The position numbers and the translations under genes are program-made. The notes below the pieces were generated by a model, which did no database searches, was not told the DNA's origin, and saw only the letters and a list, made by a program, of their open reading frames with translations. From contig NC_014729.1 in assembly GCF_000172995.2 (NCBI RefSeq), positions 1,350,001-1,382,000 on the forward strand: a stretch of DNA of 32,000 nt. Reading direction: 5' to 3'. Below are positions 1 through 7,864 of this stretch, piece by piece; the first letter of the stretch is position 1; each line of letters begins with the position of its first letter. The DNA is from Halogeometricum borinquense DSM 11551 (GTDB taxonomy: Archaea; Halobacteriota; Halobacteria; Halobacteriales; Haloferacaceae).

Positions 1-453
1 ACGGCGACCGACGTCGTTCGAAACGCGGGGTACGAGGTGGACCTGATGGTAACGGACTTAGACAAGAACCCGGAGACCGCCCGGCGTCGGACGCAGAACG
101 GAACGCCAGTGGCGGCGCACGCTCACGGTGACAACATTCCGGCGATACGTGAGTGGCTGCCCCGCTTCGACGCTGCTCACGTCCTCGCCACAACGCAGGC
201 GGCACCCGTCGAAAACGTCGCTAACTACGGCGGATTCACTGACGGGGACCGGGCGGCGTTCCTCGCGGATGCGTTCGGTGCCGCCGAACTCCAGTTCGTC
301 GGCTGGGAGTTTGACGACCCGAGCGTCGATGCGGAGAAGGCGCGGAAACTCCGGTGGGCGGAACGACTCCTCTACCTGCTTGAGCGACGGCGCGATGACC
401 GTTTTGCGATCCTCGACGGTCGGCGCGAGTCGATAGACCCGTTGGTGCCGTAA
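1..453 (+). CDS. MptE-like 6-hydroxymethylpterin diphosphokinase (DUF115 family), 5'-truncated at window edge
   Basis: Frame 1 is open from base 1, and track ORF 37..453 is only its first in-window Met. The motifs VTDLD, HAHGDN and GGFTDGDRA match my recollection of archaeal MptE/DUF115. Composition is acidic. Confidence 0.6.
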   Translation, partial: TATDVVRNAGYEVDLMVTDLDKNPETARRRTQNGTPVAAHAHGDNIPAIREWLPRFDAAHVLATTQAAPVENVANYGGFTDGDRAAFLADAFGAAELQFVGWEFDDPSVDAEKARKLRWAERLLYLLERRRDDRFAILDGRRESIDPLVP

Positions 454-481
454 CGACTCACAGAGTGTTGTCGTCCCCGTA

Positions 482-1300
482 TCACGCCTCGGCGTCTGCA
501 TCCGGTCGCCGGGGGTCGGTGAACTGAACCGGGTCGGGTCCGGCTTCGAACAGACAAGCGGCACATCCCTCGCAGGTTGCTGACAGAGCTGACTCGGTGC
601 CGGTAGAATCGCGGTCAATCTGAGAGACGTGAATCGTCCCGTCGCAGGTCGGACACCAATCCAGACACAGTCTGAGTGTCGCAAGCGCACGTCCCCGAAC
701 CGTGGGTGAGAGCGTCCACCACTCGGGATATCGGTCTCGGAACTCCGCGATAGCGGTCACGTCGGCGACGAATGCGGCGCGGGAGGGCCACTGGCCTGCT
801 CGCGTCCCGTGGACAGTGGCGACGAGCGCCTCCTCGTCTGCATTCCACTCCAGTTCGACCAACCGCTGTGGAACCGTAAGGAGGCCCGCAAGGACGGCTT
901 CGTCTTGACTTCGATCACCCATCGAGAGGATACGTTGTCTCCACGCACGTTCGAACGCCGGTGCGACGCTTGGCACCGGACCCGAATCGCACTCAACCAA
1001 GAGACCCGCACGTTTGAGATGCGCCTCGGCGGATTCAGCGTCGGACGGTTCGGGTTGCGGCGTTCGGTCCGTGACCAGTGGACTGCAAACGCTGCGGAGA
1101 GCCCGTAGGCAGAACTCCCGGAATGCGTTTCGCATCGGCGGGTTGTCCGCAATGACAAAAGCACCGGTACTCACGAGGACGAAGGAAACGACAATCCCCG
1201 CCGTGGGCCACCGGGCGGCCATGCCGACGACGACACCCGAGAGAACGGCGAACGCCGCGACGACAAGAACGACGACACGGGGGTCTCGGCGGCGGCGCAT
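482..1300 (-). CDS. Hypothetical membrane protein with C-terminal CxxC...CxxC zinc-ribbon-like motif
   Basis: Track ORF 482..1387. I prefer the internal Met at 1300 (MRRRRDPRVVVLVVAAF...), which begins directly with two hydrophobic helices. The C-terminus reads WCPTCDG...CEGCAAC. The start codon is uncertain (1300 or 1387). Confidence 0.6.
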   Translation of the reverse strand: MRRRRDPRVVVLVVAAFAVLSGVVVGMAARWPTAGIVVSFVLVSTGAFVIADNPPMRNAFREFCLRALRSVCSPLVTDRTPQPEPSDAESAEAHLKRAGLLVECDSGPVPSVAPAFERAWRQRILSMGDRSQDEAVLAGLLTVPQRLVELEWNADEEALVATVHGTRAGQWPSRAAFVADVTAIAEFRDRYPEWWTLSPTVRGRALATLRLCLDWCPTCDGTIHVSQIDRDSTGTESALSATCEGCAACLFEAGPDPVQFTDPRRPDADAEA

Positions 1301-1711
1301 AGCGAGTGCTGTCGAACGCACTGACAGGCAAACAGTCACCGTGCGTCTCACGACGCGGTCAAGCGTTCTCGCCACTATAAGATACACTCGGCGTTGGGGG
1401 ATAGGTATGGGGCGCTTACTACCAACTGCAGACGTGTCAGTCGTTTTTTCGCCCTCCCTATCATTTGTTAATTACTACATTGGTAATGACTGTAATTATT
1501 CAACTACCGAATACTGACTGGTAATGCTCTCGAAAACGAGAGAGAATCGGAAAACAGTCAACTAATATGACACTTGGTAGACGTATCAGCCTCGCTATTG
1601 TGTTCCGTCTTGTCCCTCTCCTTGCTCGTCGCCGCAACAGGGCACCATAGCACACCACATCAGACGACGGCACGCCGATAGCTTGAGGGACCTCTCGTCC
1701 GTGTCTCCCGT

Positions 1712-3121
1712 ATGCACCTTCACTGGCACCGCCGTGACCTACGGGTATCGGACAACCACGGCCTCGTAACGGCCGCCGATGCGGGCGATGTCGTCCCGGT
1801 GTTCGTCTTCGACGACGACGTGTTAGCACATGCTGGTGCCGCCCGCGTCCGCTTTATGCTCGACGCACTCGCCCGGTTACGCGAGACGTACCGCGAACGC
1901 GACTCCGACCTCGTGGTCGTCCGTGGCGACCCCACCGAAGAACTGCCTCGACTCGCCGCGGAGTACGACGCTGATGGTGTCGTATGGAACAAAGACTACT
2001 CGCGACTCGCTCGCACCCGAGATGAGGCGGTGCGACGGGCGTTGGACGAGGCGGGCGTCGCCCACGACGCAGTACACGACGCCATTCATCACGAACCGGG
2101 GTCGATAACGACCAACGCTGGGGACCCTTACTCCGTCTATACGTACTTCTGGAAGAAGTGGCGCAACAGAAACAAGGCCGACCCGTTCTCGCCTCCAGAA
2201 GCCGACTCCCTCGCGGACGTGTCGGGGGCGGACCTCCCGACTATCGAGGAACTCGGCTTTTCGGACCCCGATGCGACGATACAGGAGGCGGGCACCGAGG
2301 CGGCCCGCGAGCGTCTCGCCGCATTCTGCGAGGACGCTATCTACCGGTACGCCACAGACCGCGATTACCCCGAACGGAACGCCACGTCGCGGCTCTCTGC
2401 GGACCTCAAATGGGGAACCATCGGTATCCGCGAAGTGTACGCCGCGACAGAAGAAGCAGCCGAGAACGCTGACAGCGATGACGAAGCAAAATCAGTCGAA
2501 GAGTTTCAATCGCAGTTAGCGTGGCGTGAGTTCTACACGCACGTCCTCTATTTCAACCCCGATGTGGTCACGCAGAACTACAAGGAGTACGAGAACGACA
2601 TTGCGTGGCGTGAGGACGAGGAGGCGTTGACAGCGTGGAAGGAGGGTCGAACGGGGTATCCAATCGTTGACGCCGGGATGCGGCAACTCCGAGAAGAGGC
2701 GTACATGCACAACCGGATGCGGATGATCGTCGCTTCGTTCCTCACGAAAGACCTCCTCATCGACTGGCGAGAGGGATACGCGCACTTCCGTGCGTATCTG
2801 GCCGACCACGACACCGCCAACGACAACGGTGGATGGCAGTGGGCCGCCTCCACCGGAACGGATGCACAGCCCTACTTCCGCATTTTCAATCCGATGACGC
2901 AGGGAGAACGCTACGACCCGGACGCGACGTACATACAGCAGTACGTGCCCGAACTCCGCGACGCCACCGCCGACGAGATTCACGACTGGCCGAATCTCTC
3001 TCCGACCGAACGCGAGACGGTTGCGCCCGAGTACCCGGACCCAATCGTCGAGCATAGCAAACGACGAGACCAAGCGATTTCGATGTTCGAGGCGGCCCGT
3101 GGTGACGACGGAGACAACTGA
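1712..3121 (+). CDS. phr: Deoxyribodipyrimidine (CPD) photolyase, class I
   Basis: 469 aa. N-terminus is HWHRRDLRVSDNHGL. The FAD-binding region carries TGYPIVDAGMRQL and WQWAASTGTDAQPYFRIFNP, hallmark photolyase/cryptochrome motifs. Confidence 0.95.
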   Translation: MHLHWHRRDLRVSDNHGLVTAADAGDVVPVFVFDDDVLAHAGAARVRFMLDALARLRETYRERDSDLVVVRGDPTEELPRLAAEYDADGVVWNKDYSRLARTRDEAVRRALDEAGVAHDAVHDAIHHEPGSITTNAGDPYSVYTYFWKKWRNRNKADPFSPPEADSLADVSGADLPTIEELGFSDPDATIQEAGTEAARERLAAFCEDAIYRYATDRDYPERNATSRLSADLKWGTIGIREVYAATEEAAENADSDDEAKSVEEFQSQLAWREFYTHVLYFNPDVVTQNYKEYENDIAWREDEEALTAWKEGRTGYPIVDAGMRQLREEAYMHNRMRMIVASFLTKDLLIDWREGYAHFRAYLADHDTANDNGGWQWAASTGTDAQPYFRIFNPMTQGERYDPDATYIQQYVPELRDATADEIHDWPNLSPTERETVAPEYPDPIVEHSKRRDQAISMFEAARGDDGDN

Positions 3122-3211
3122 CAGCGAGACGCGCAGACATTCGTACAAGGCGAGCAAAGAATTCAGTCAAATCGAACGAACGATTTTGGGAGTGGCAGCC
3201 CCACACTGACC

Positions 3212-3817
3212 ATGCACAGTGAAATTCTCCTGTACGACGGCTTCGACGAACTCGACGCCGTTGGACCGTACGAAGTGTTCGAGACGGCGGGGGCTTTCGG
3301 GGCCGACTGCAGTGCGCGACTTGTCACGCTCGACGCGAGAGAGACAGTCACCGCGAGCCACGGCCTCCGCGTCGGGACTGATGGAACGTTCAATCCGGAC
3401 AGTTCGGACGCAGACGTTCTCCTCGTTCCCGGCGGGGGCTGGAGCGACCCTTCAGAACCGGGTGCGGGGATGGAAGCCGAGAACGGCGAGATACCCGACG
3501 CCATCGCCGCCTATGCCCAACGAGGAGGTGTCGTCGCGGGCGTCTGCACGGGTGGAATGCTCCTCGCTCACGCCGGCGTGCTCGACGGTCGCCCCGCCGT
3601 CACCCACGCCACTGCGCTCGATGACTTACGGGAGATGAATGTAGACATACAAGACACACGCTTTGTGGACGACGGCGATGTCCTCACGGCGGGCGGCGTC
3701 ACCTCCGGGTTGGACCTCGCACTCCATCTTGTCGAACGGGAGTGTGGGCTGAAGATAGCCGACCAAGTCGCGGCCGAAATCGAATACGAGAGACAGACCG
3801 AACCAGCCCGCAACTAG
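3212..3817 (+). CDS. DJ-1/PfpI family protein (type 1 glutamine amidotransferase-like fold)
   Basis: 201 aa. It has a nucleophile-elbow-like GVCTGGMLLAHAGVLDGRPAVTH, an LLVPGG strand, and TAGGVTSGLDLALHLV near the C-terminus. Confidence 0.85.
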   Translation: MHSEILLYDGFDELDAVGPYEVFETAGAFGADCSARLVTLDARETVTASHGLRVGTDGTFNPDSSDADVLLVPGGGWSDPSEPGAGMEAENGEIPDAIAAYAQRGGVVAGVCTGGMLLAHAGVLDGRPAVTHATALDDLREMNVDIQDTRFVDDGDVLTAGGVTSGLDLALHLVERECGLKIADQVAAEIEYERQTEPARN

Positions 3818-3918
3818 CCGCTTTGGTGACCGTCGCAGACAGAGACAGTCACGTGCTAGCATACGTTTCCTCAACGTTTAACAGCAATCCAAGAGAAAGA
3901 GTGTGTGGAGGAACTATC

Positions 3919-4518
3919 ATGAGCTACGAACTCGACCCATTGCCGTATGAGTACGACGCACTCGAACCGCACATCTCCGAACAAGTCCTCACGTGGCATC
4001 ACGACACCCACCATCAGGGCTACGTGAACGGCTGGAACAGTGCGGAAGAGACGCTGGAGTCGAACCGCGAGGAGGGTGACTTCGGTTCTTCGCCCGGCGC
4101 AATCCGAAACGTTACACACAACGGCTGTGGACACATTCTCCACGACCTCTTCTGGAACTCCATGTCCCCCGAAGGCGGTTCCGAACCGACCGGGAGCCTC
4201 GCAGACCGCATCGAGGAGGACTTCGGTTCCTACGAAGCGTGGAAGGGCGAGTTCGAAGCCGCCGCTGGAAACGCCGGCGGATGGGCGCTCCTCGTCTACG
4301 ACTCGTTCTCGAACCAGCTTCGCAACGTCGTGGTGGACAAGCACGACCAGGGCGCTCTCTGGGGCTCGCACCCGATTCTCGCGCTCGACGTGTGGGAACA
4401 CTCCTACTACCACGACTACGGTCCGGCCCGCGGCGACTTCATCGACGCCTTCTTCGAGGTCGTCGATTGGGAAGAGCCGAGTGCCCGCTACGAGCAGGCC
4501 GTCGAGCTGTTCGAGTAA
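3919..4518 (+). CDS. sod: Superoxide dismutase (Mn/Fe family)
   Basis: The start is taken at MSYELDPLPYEYDALEPHIS (ATG 3919), with GGAGG at 3907-3911 just upstream. The motifs HHDTHHQGYV and DVWEHSYY are metal ligands. The upstream part of track ORF 3742..4518 is Arg-rich and was rejected. Confidence 0.95.
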   Translation: MSYELDPLPYEYDALEPHISEQVLTWHHDTHHQGYVNGWNSAEETLESNREEGDFGSSPGAIRNVTHNGCGHILHDLFWNSMSPEGGSEPTGSLADRIEEDFGSYEAWKGEFEAAAGNAGGWALLVYDSFSNQLRNVVVDKHDQGALWGSHPILALDVWEHSYYHDYGPARGDFIDAFFEVVDWEEPSARYEQAVELFE

Positions 4519-4596
4519 GCGATACCACGCACATCCCGATTTTTCTTTTGCGATCTCGTGGAGGAGAGCCGTCAGTATCCGTCGAAAATAAGCCGC

Positions 4597-5115
4597 TCAG
4601 GGATTTTTTACCGAGTCCATCTCTTCGGCGTCTTCTTCGGCGTCTGTCTCTGTTTCTGACTCTCCAGTGTCCGACTCCGCATCCGCCAGTGTCTTCTCGG
4701 TGTTTTCCCCGAGTCCGAACGCCTCGGATCCGAGTTCGCCGCCGAACGACTGAACCGACTCGTTCAGCGTCTGGTAGTCGTAACAGTCGCCGTCATCAAG
4801 ATCGAAACTGGCGAAGACACCGATTGGTCCCTCGCCGAAGAACGTCCGGAACTGCTCGAACGTCGAGAATCCGCGGACGGTATAGCTGTAATCGGCATAG
4901 TAGAGTGACTCGTACGTCTGCTGCGTGATGAACCCATAACGTTCGTTGTCAACGAAGCGTTCAACGTCCAAACCACCCTCCTCAATCGCCTCTTCGACGT
5001 CAGACCGAACGAACACTTTTTCGAACGTCCGTTCGTCGAATACCCACACGTCTCTGAGCGCCTCACCGCCGAACTCGCGGAAAACACTCAGCAATTGTTC
5101 GGAGGGACGTTCCAT
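4597..5115 (-). CDS. Conserved-looking haloarchaeal hypothetical protein with very acidic C-terminal tail
   Basis: The track ORF starts at GTG 5130. ATG 5115 (MERPSEQLL...) lies ~28-30 nt downstream of an ATAGTTAAC TATA-like element, which fits a leaderless mRNA. The tail is rich in D, E and T. No family was recognised. Confidence 0.7.
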   Translation of the reverse strand: MERPSEQLLSVFREFGGEALRDVWVFDERTFEKVFVRSDVEEAIEEGGLDVERFVDNERYGFITQQTYESLYYADYSYTVRGFSTFEQFRTFFGEGPIGVFASFDLDDGDCYDYQTLNESVQSFGGELGSEAFGLGENTEKTLADAESDTGESETETDAEEDAEEMDSVKNP

Positions 5116-5204
5116 ACGTTCACACACCAAGAATCCCTGTTAACTATTGTGATTCTTCCTCATAGAGTCAAGACGTTTACGTAGTCAGGCGGTTAGCATC
5201 CGGT

Positions 5205-5510
5205 ATGCCACGACCGAAGACGGAGTTTGAGACGCTGTACCCGTACCAGTTATACGAACCCGAAGAAGTGCTGGACGACGAACTGATGTACACGGTGCCC
5301 GAAATCGCGCGCCTCTTGCAAGGACTCGACCCCGCCACGGAACTCGACGCGGAGACCGAAGACCAAGTCGTCACGTGGACGATTCCGTGGCTTATGGCGC
5401 ACGCCGACGAGTTGGTCATCAACGACCCCGAAGGCGACGAACCGGGCTACTTCGGCATCCAGTCGGAGTCGCGCCCCGCCGACGAGATTCCGGACGGGGC
5501 GGACGAGTAA
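5205..5510 (+). CDS. Small acidic hypothetical protein (101 aa)
   Basis: An ORF with haloarchaeal acidic composition, transcribed divergently from 4597..5115. A TTTAC element lies ~28 nt upstream of the ATG. No recognisable domain. Confidence 0.6.
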   Translation: MPRPKTEFETLYPYQLYEPEEVLDDELMYTVPEIARLLQGLDPATELDAETEDQVVTWTIPWLMAHADELVINDPEGDEPGYFGIQSESRPADEIPDGADE

Positions 5511-5531
5511 CGCGACGGCCGCGACGAGCGA

Positions 5532-6110
5532 CTATCGCATTCGAGCGGCGCGACCGGCCAGTTCCACGTCGTCGAACGGGCGTTCGGTGACGCTCGGTCC
5601 GTGACCGGTGTGCATCTCGGAGAGCGTTTCGTCTATCGTCTCACGCACTCGGTCGAGACTCTCGATCAGCGTCGGACGGTCGCCTTCTTCGAGGTCAGTG
5701 CGGCCGAACGAGCCGTTAGCGAACACCAAGTCGCCGGCGAACAGCACGCTCGCATCACGCGAGTAAAAGCAGAGGTGGTCGTTCTTGTGTCCCGGCGTGT
5801 GGAGTGCTTCGTAGTCGTCGTCGCCAATCTGAACTGTCTCGCCGTCGGCGATAGCGTGGTCTACCTCCGACTGATCCGGATCGAATCCCCACGTCTCCAC
5901 GTCGAACGCCTCGCGGACGGCCGCGACGTTGTCAACGTGGTCCCGGTGCGTGTGGGTGATGTACACGCGGTCGAGTTCGTCTACGTGGTCGCGGACGCGC
6001 GACACCACGTCGAAGTTCGCGCCCACGTCCACGAGCGCCGTCGTGTCGCCGGTGACGAGAAAGACGTTGCTGGTGAACGCTTGCACGTCGTGCGCGAGGC
6101 TGGTAATCAT
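5532..6110 (-). CDS. MBL-fold metallo-hydrolase (hydroxyacylglutathione hydrolase-like)
   Basis: HxHxDH motif THTHRDHVD, then HTPGH, then a C-terminal HTGHG. The start is taken at Met 6110 (MITSLAHDV...). The upstream extension to 6203 is Arg-rich. Confidence 0.85.
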   Translation of the reverse strand: MITSLAHDVQAFTSNVFLVTGDTTALVDVGANFDVVSRVRDHVDELDRVYITHTHRDHVDNVAAVREAFDVETWGFDPDQSEVDHAIADGETVQIGDDDYEALHTPGHKNDHLCFYSRDASVLFAGDLVFANGSFGRTDLEEGDRPTLIESLDRVRETIDETLSEMHTGHGPSVTERPFDDVELAGRAARMR

Positions 6111-6145
6111 GCCCGACGCTAGAGGCGACCGGGACTTTCCTCTTT

Positions 6146-7165
6146 CTATGCCGTTGGTTCGAATCCGCGCCAGACGGCCGGTCCGGGAGTATGGGCGACC
6201 CACGACTCGTCCTCACGGAGGAATCGCCCGCGCCGCCACGCGAACTTGACGTTACCGATGTAGCCGAACGGCGGCGCGAGTTCGGGGAGAGAGACGACGG
6301 TCCGCGCGCCGACAGTCATCGACTGCCGCGCGTCGTCGCTCGTGGGCGAAAACGTATGCGTTGCTTCGCTTCGCTTTTTTCCCACCGCCGCTTCGACGGA
6401 GAACGTGTCGAGCGTCGCCGTCTCCGGTCCAGCCGATTCGATGGACGCGTCGTCGAATTCGGTCTGCACCCCGACTTCGCTCACGTGGAATCCGTCTTTG
6501 TCTGGCGCGCCGTCGGTATCCACTGTCGCCACCGTCTCGACCACCGCTTTCGTTTGCTCCGGGAGGAGTGTCACCCGATCCCATCGGTCGTAATTGCCGA
6601 CTTCGACGCGGCCACGCATCCGGACACGCCCGAGTTCGATACCGCCGTCCGGGTTCGCAGGGTCGTCTATCGTGAACTCGGGTGGGCGAGCGTCGAGCAC
6701 TTCCGAAATGGCCCACGGGAGTTGCGTTTTAAGTTCCGTTCCATTGCTCGGTACGAGATACTGCACGTCGATCCGGTCCGCCGAGGGAACTGCCGCCGCG
6801 ATACGGTCGCCCGAAGACCACGCCTTGCTGGGCACTCCGTACCGCTGGCCGGTGCGTCCGCAAATACGCTGGATATGGAGCGGAGCATCGTCACCGGCCA
6901 CGACGACGGGCGTCCCGCGTTCGAGTGCGTCGAGCGCAGTGTCGTAGTGTTCCTCACTCGGCGGCAGGACCAGTATCTCGGCGTCCGCAACAGAGTCAAC
7001 GAGTCTGACGCCCGAGACGCGAGGGAACGGCACTTCGTCATCGACGAGAATCGTTCGACCGGAGAGCGGGGCAGTATCCGTCTTGTTCGAGTTGTCGGAG
7101 TCACCGCCGCATCCGGCAAGTGGCACGGTGGCGAGGAGGGCAAGAACGTTGCGGCGGGAGGGCAT
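6146..7165 (-). CDS. Predicted Tat-exported lipoprotein, function unknown
   Basis: Starting at Met 7165, the N-terminus is MPSRRNVLALLATVPLAGCGG, a twin-arginine motif followed by a LAGC lipobox. The mature part is acidic. The stop is 35 nt upstream of the MBL hydrolase start on the same strand. Confidence 0.75.
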   Translation of the reverse strand: MPSRRNVLALLATVPLAGCGGDSDNSNKTDTAPLSGRTILVDDEVPFPRVSGVRLVDSVADAEILVLPPSEEHYDTALDALERGTPVVVAGDDAPLHIQRICGRTGQRYGVPSKAWSSGDRIAAAVPSADRIDVQYLVPSNGTELKTQLPWAISEVLDARPPEFTIDDPANPDGGIELGRVRMRGRVEVGNYDRWDRVTLLPEQTKAVVETVATVDTDGAPDKDGFHVSEVGVQTEFDDASIESAGPETATLDTFSVEAAVGKKRSEATHTFSPTSDDARQSMTVGARTVVSLPELAPPFGYIGNVKFAWRRGRFLREDESWVAHTPGPAVWRGFEPTA

Positions 7166-7246
7166 TGTCGGAGAAAGGGATGCTGCTGATTTCAACTCTT
7201 TGAATAAACGAGTCGTGTGATTCGCGGGAGTATCAGTGTACGTATA

Positions 7247-7268
7247 GGGCTAAGATAGGGCTAAGATA
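7247..7268. repeat. Perfect tandem duplication of the 11-mer GGGCTAAGATA in a promoter region
   Basis: gggctaagata occurs at 7247-7257 and again at 7258-7268. It sits in the AT-rich divergent intergenic region 7166..7288, ~20-40 nt upstream of ATG 7289. Confidence 0.9.
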
Positions 7269-7288
7269 ATGGCGTTTAAACTACATCT

Positions 7289-7777
7289 ATGAGCGATGGC
7301 AGGGCAGTCGTAGGCGGTGAACAAGTGCTGAACACGGCGTTACTCCTCGGTGGAATCGCACCGGTGCTTTCGGGACTCGCCGCGATGTTTCTCGGAGATG
7401 CGTACGTCCATCTCATCGGGCCGCACGTTCCAGAGTTGTTCTCGAAGGAGGCGTACGAGATGTTGCTGTTGTGGGTGAATCTCCAAGGCGGCGACGCTCT
7501 CGTCGCAGGTCTATCGAGGATTGTTGTGGCCCTTCTTGGGACACTGATTTTGAAGCAACTGTTCGCCGCTATTGGTATCTTCCACAGCGTCTACGAACTG
7601 TGGTTGTTACCGACGCGTGCGCTCCCATGGTGTGACGCCGCCGGCGCGTGTCGGAATCTCGCGGTCGTCGAAATCCAACTGTTCGTCGTCCTTCACGTCG
7701 TGCTCGTGCTGAGTTTCGGGTATGGTCTTGTAAGGACGTACCAGCCAAATTTTCCGGCGTGGAAGCGTAGTAGTTAG
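7289..7777 (+). CDS. Hypothetical integral membrane protein (~4 predicted TM helices)
   Basis: 162 aa with four long hydrophobic stretches. GC3 appears visibly lower than in the neighbouring genes. No family was recognised. Confidence 0.6.
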   Translation: MSDGRAVVGGEQVLNTALLLGGIAPVLSGLAAMFLGDAYVHLIGPHVPELFSKEAYEMLLLWVNLQGGDALVAGLSRIVVALLGTLILKQLFAAIGIFHSVYELWLLPTRALPWCDAAGACRNLAVVEIQLFVVLHVVLVLSFGYGLVRTYQPNFPAWKRSS

Positions 7778-7864
7778 TGGCGTTCCGCCGCTGTCACGTC
7801 GCCGCAACCGAAAAACAAATCATATAGACCAGCACTGAAGACAACAACCTAACCCGAGTCCACC

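Noticed and set aside
1406-1517. 36-aa ORF (MGRLLPTADVSVVFSPSLSFVNYYIGNDCNYSTTEY) inside the AT-rich phr upstream region
   Set aside because: GC is very low and the composition is non-acidic. It is the tail of an Arg-rich shadow ORF (1014..1517) and has no ribosome-binding or TATA context. The region is more likely regulatory DNA.
6191-7189. 332-aa + strand ORF opposite the lipoprotein gene
   Set aside because: The - strand frame has a Tat signal, a lipobox and an acidic mature protein. The + frame is Arg-rich with no start context.
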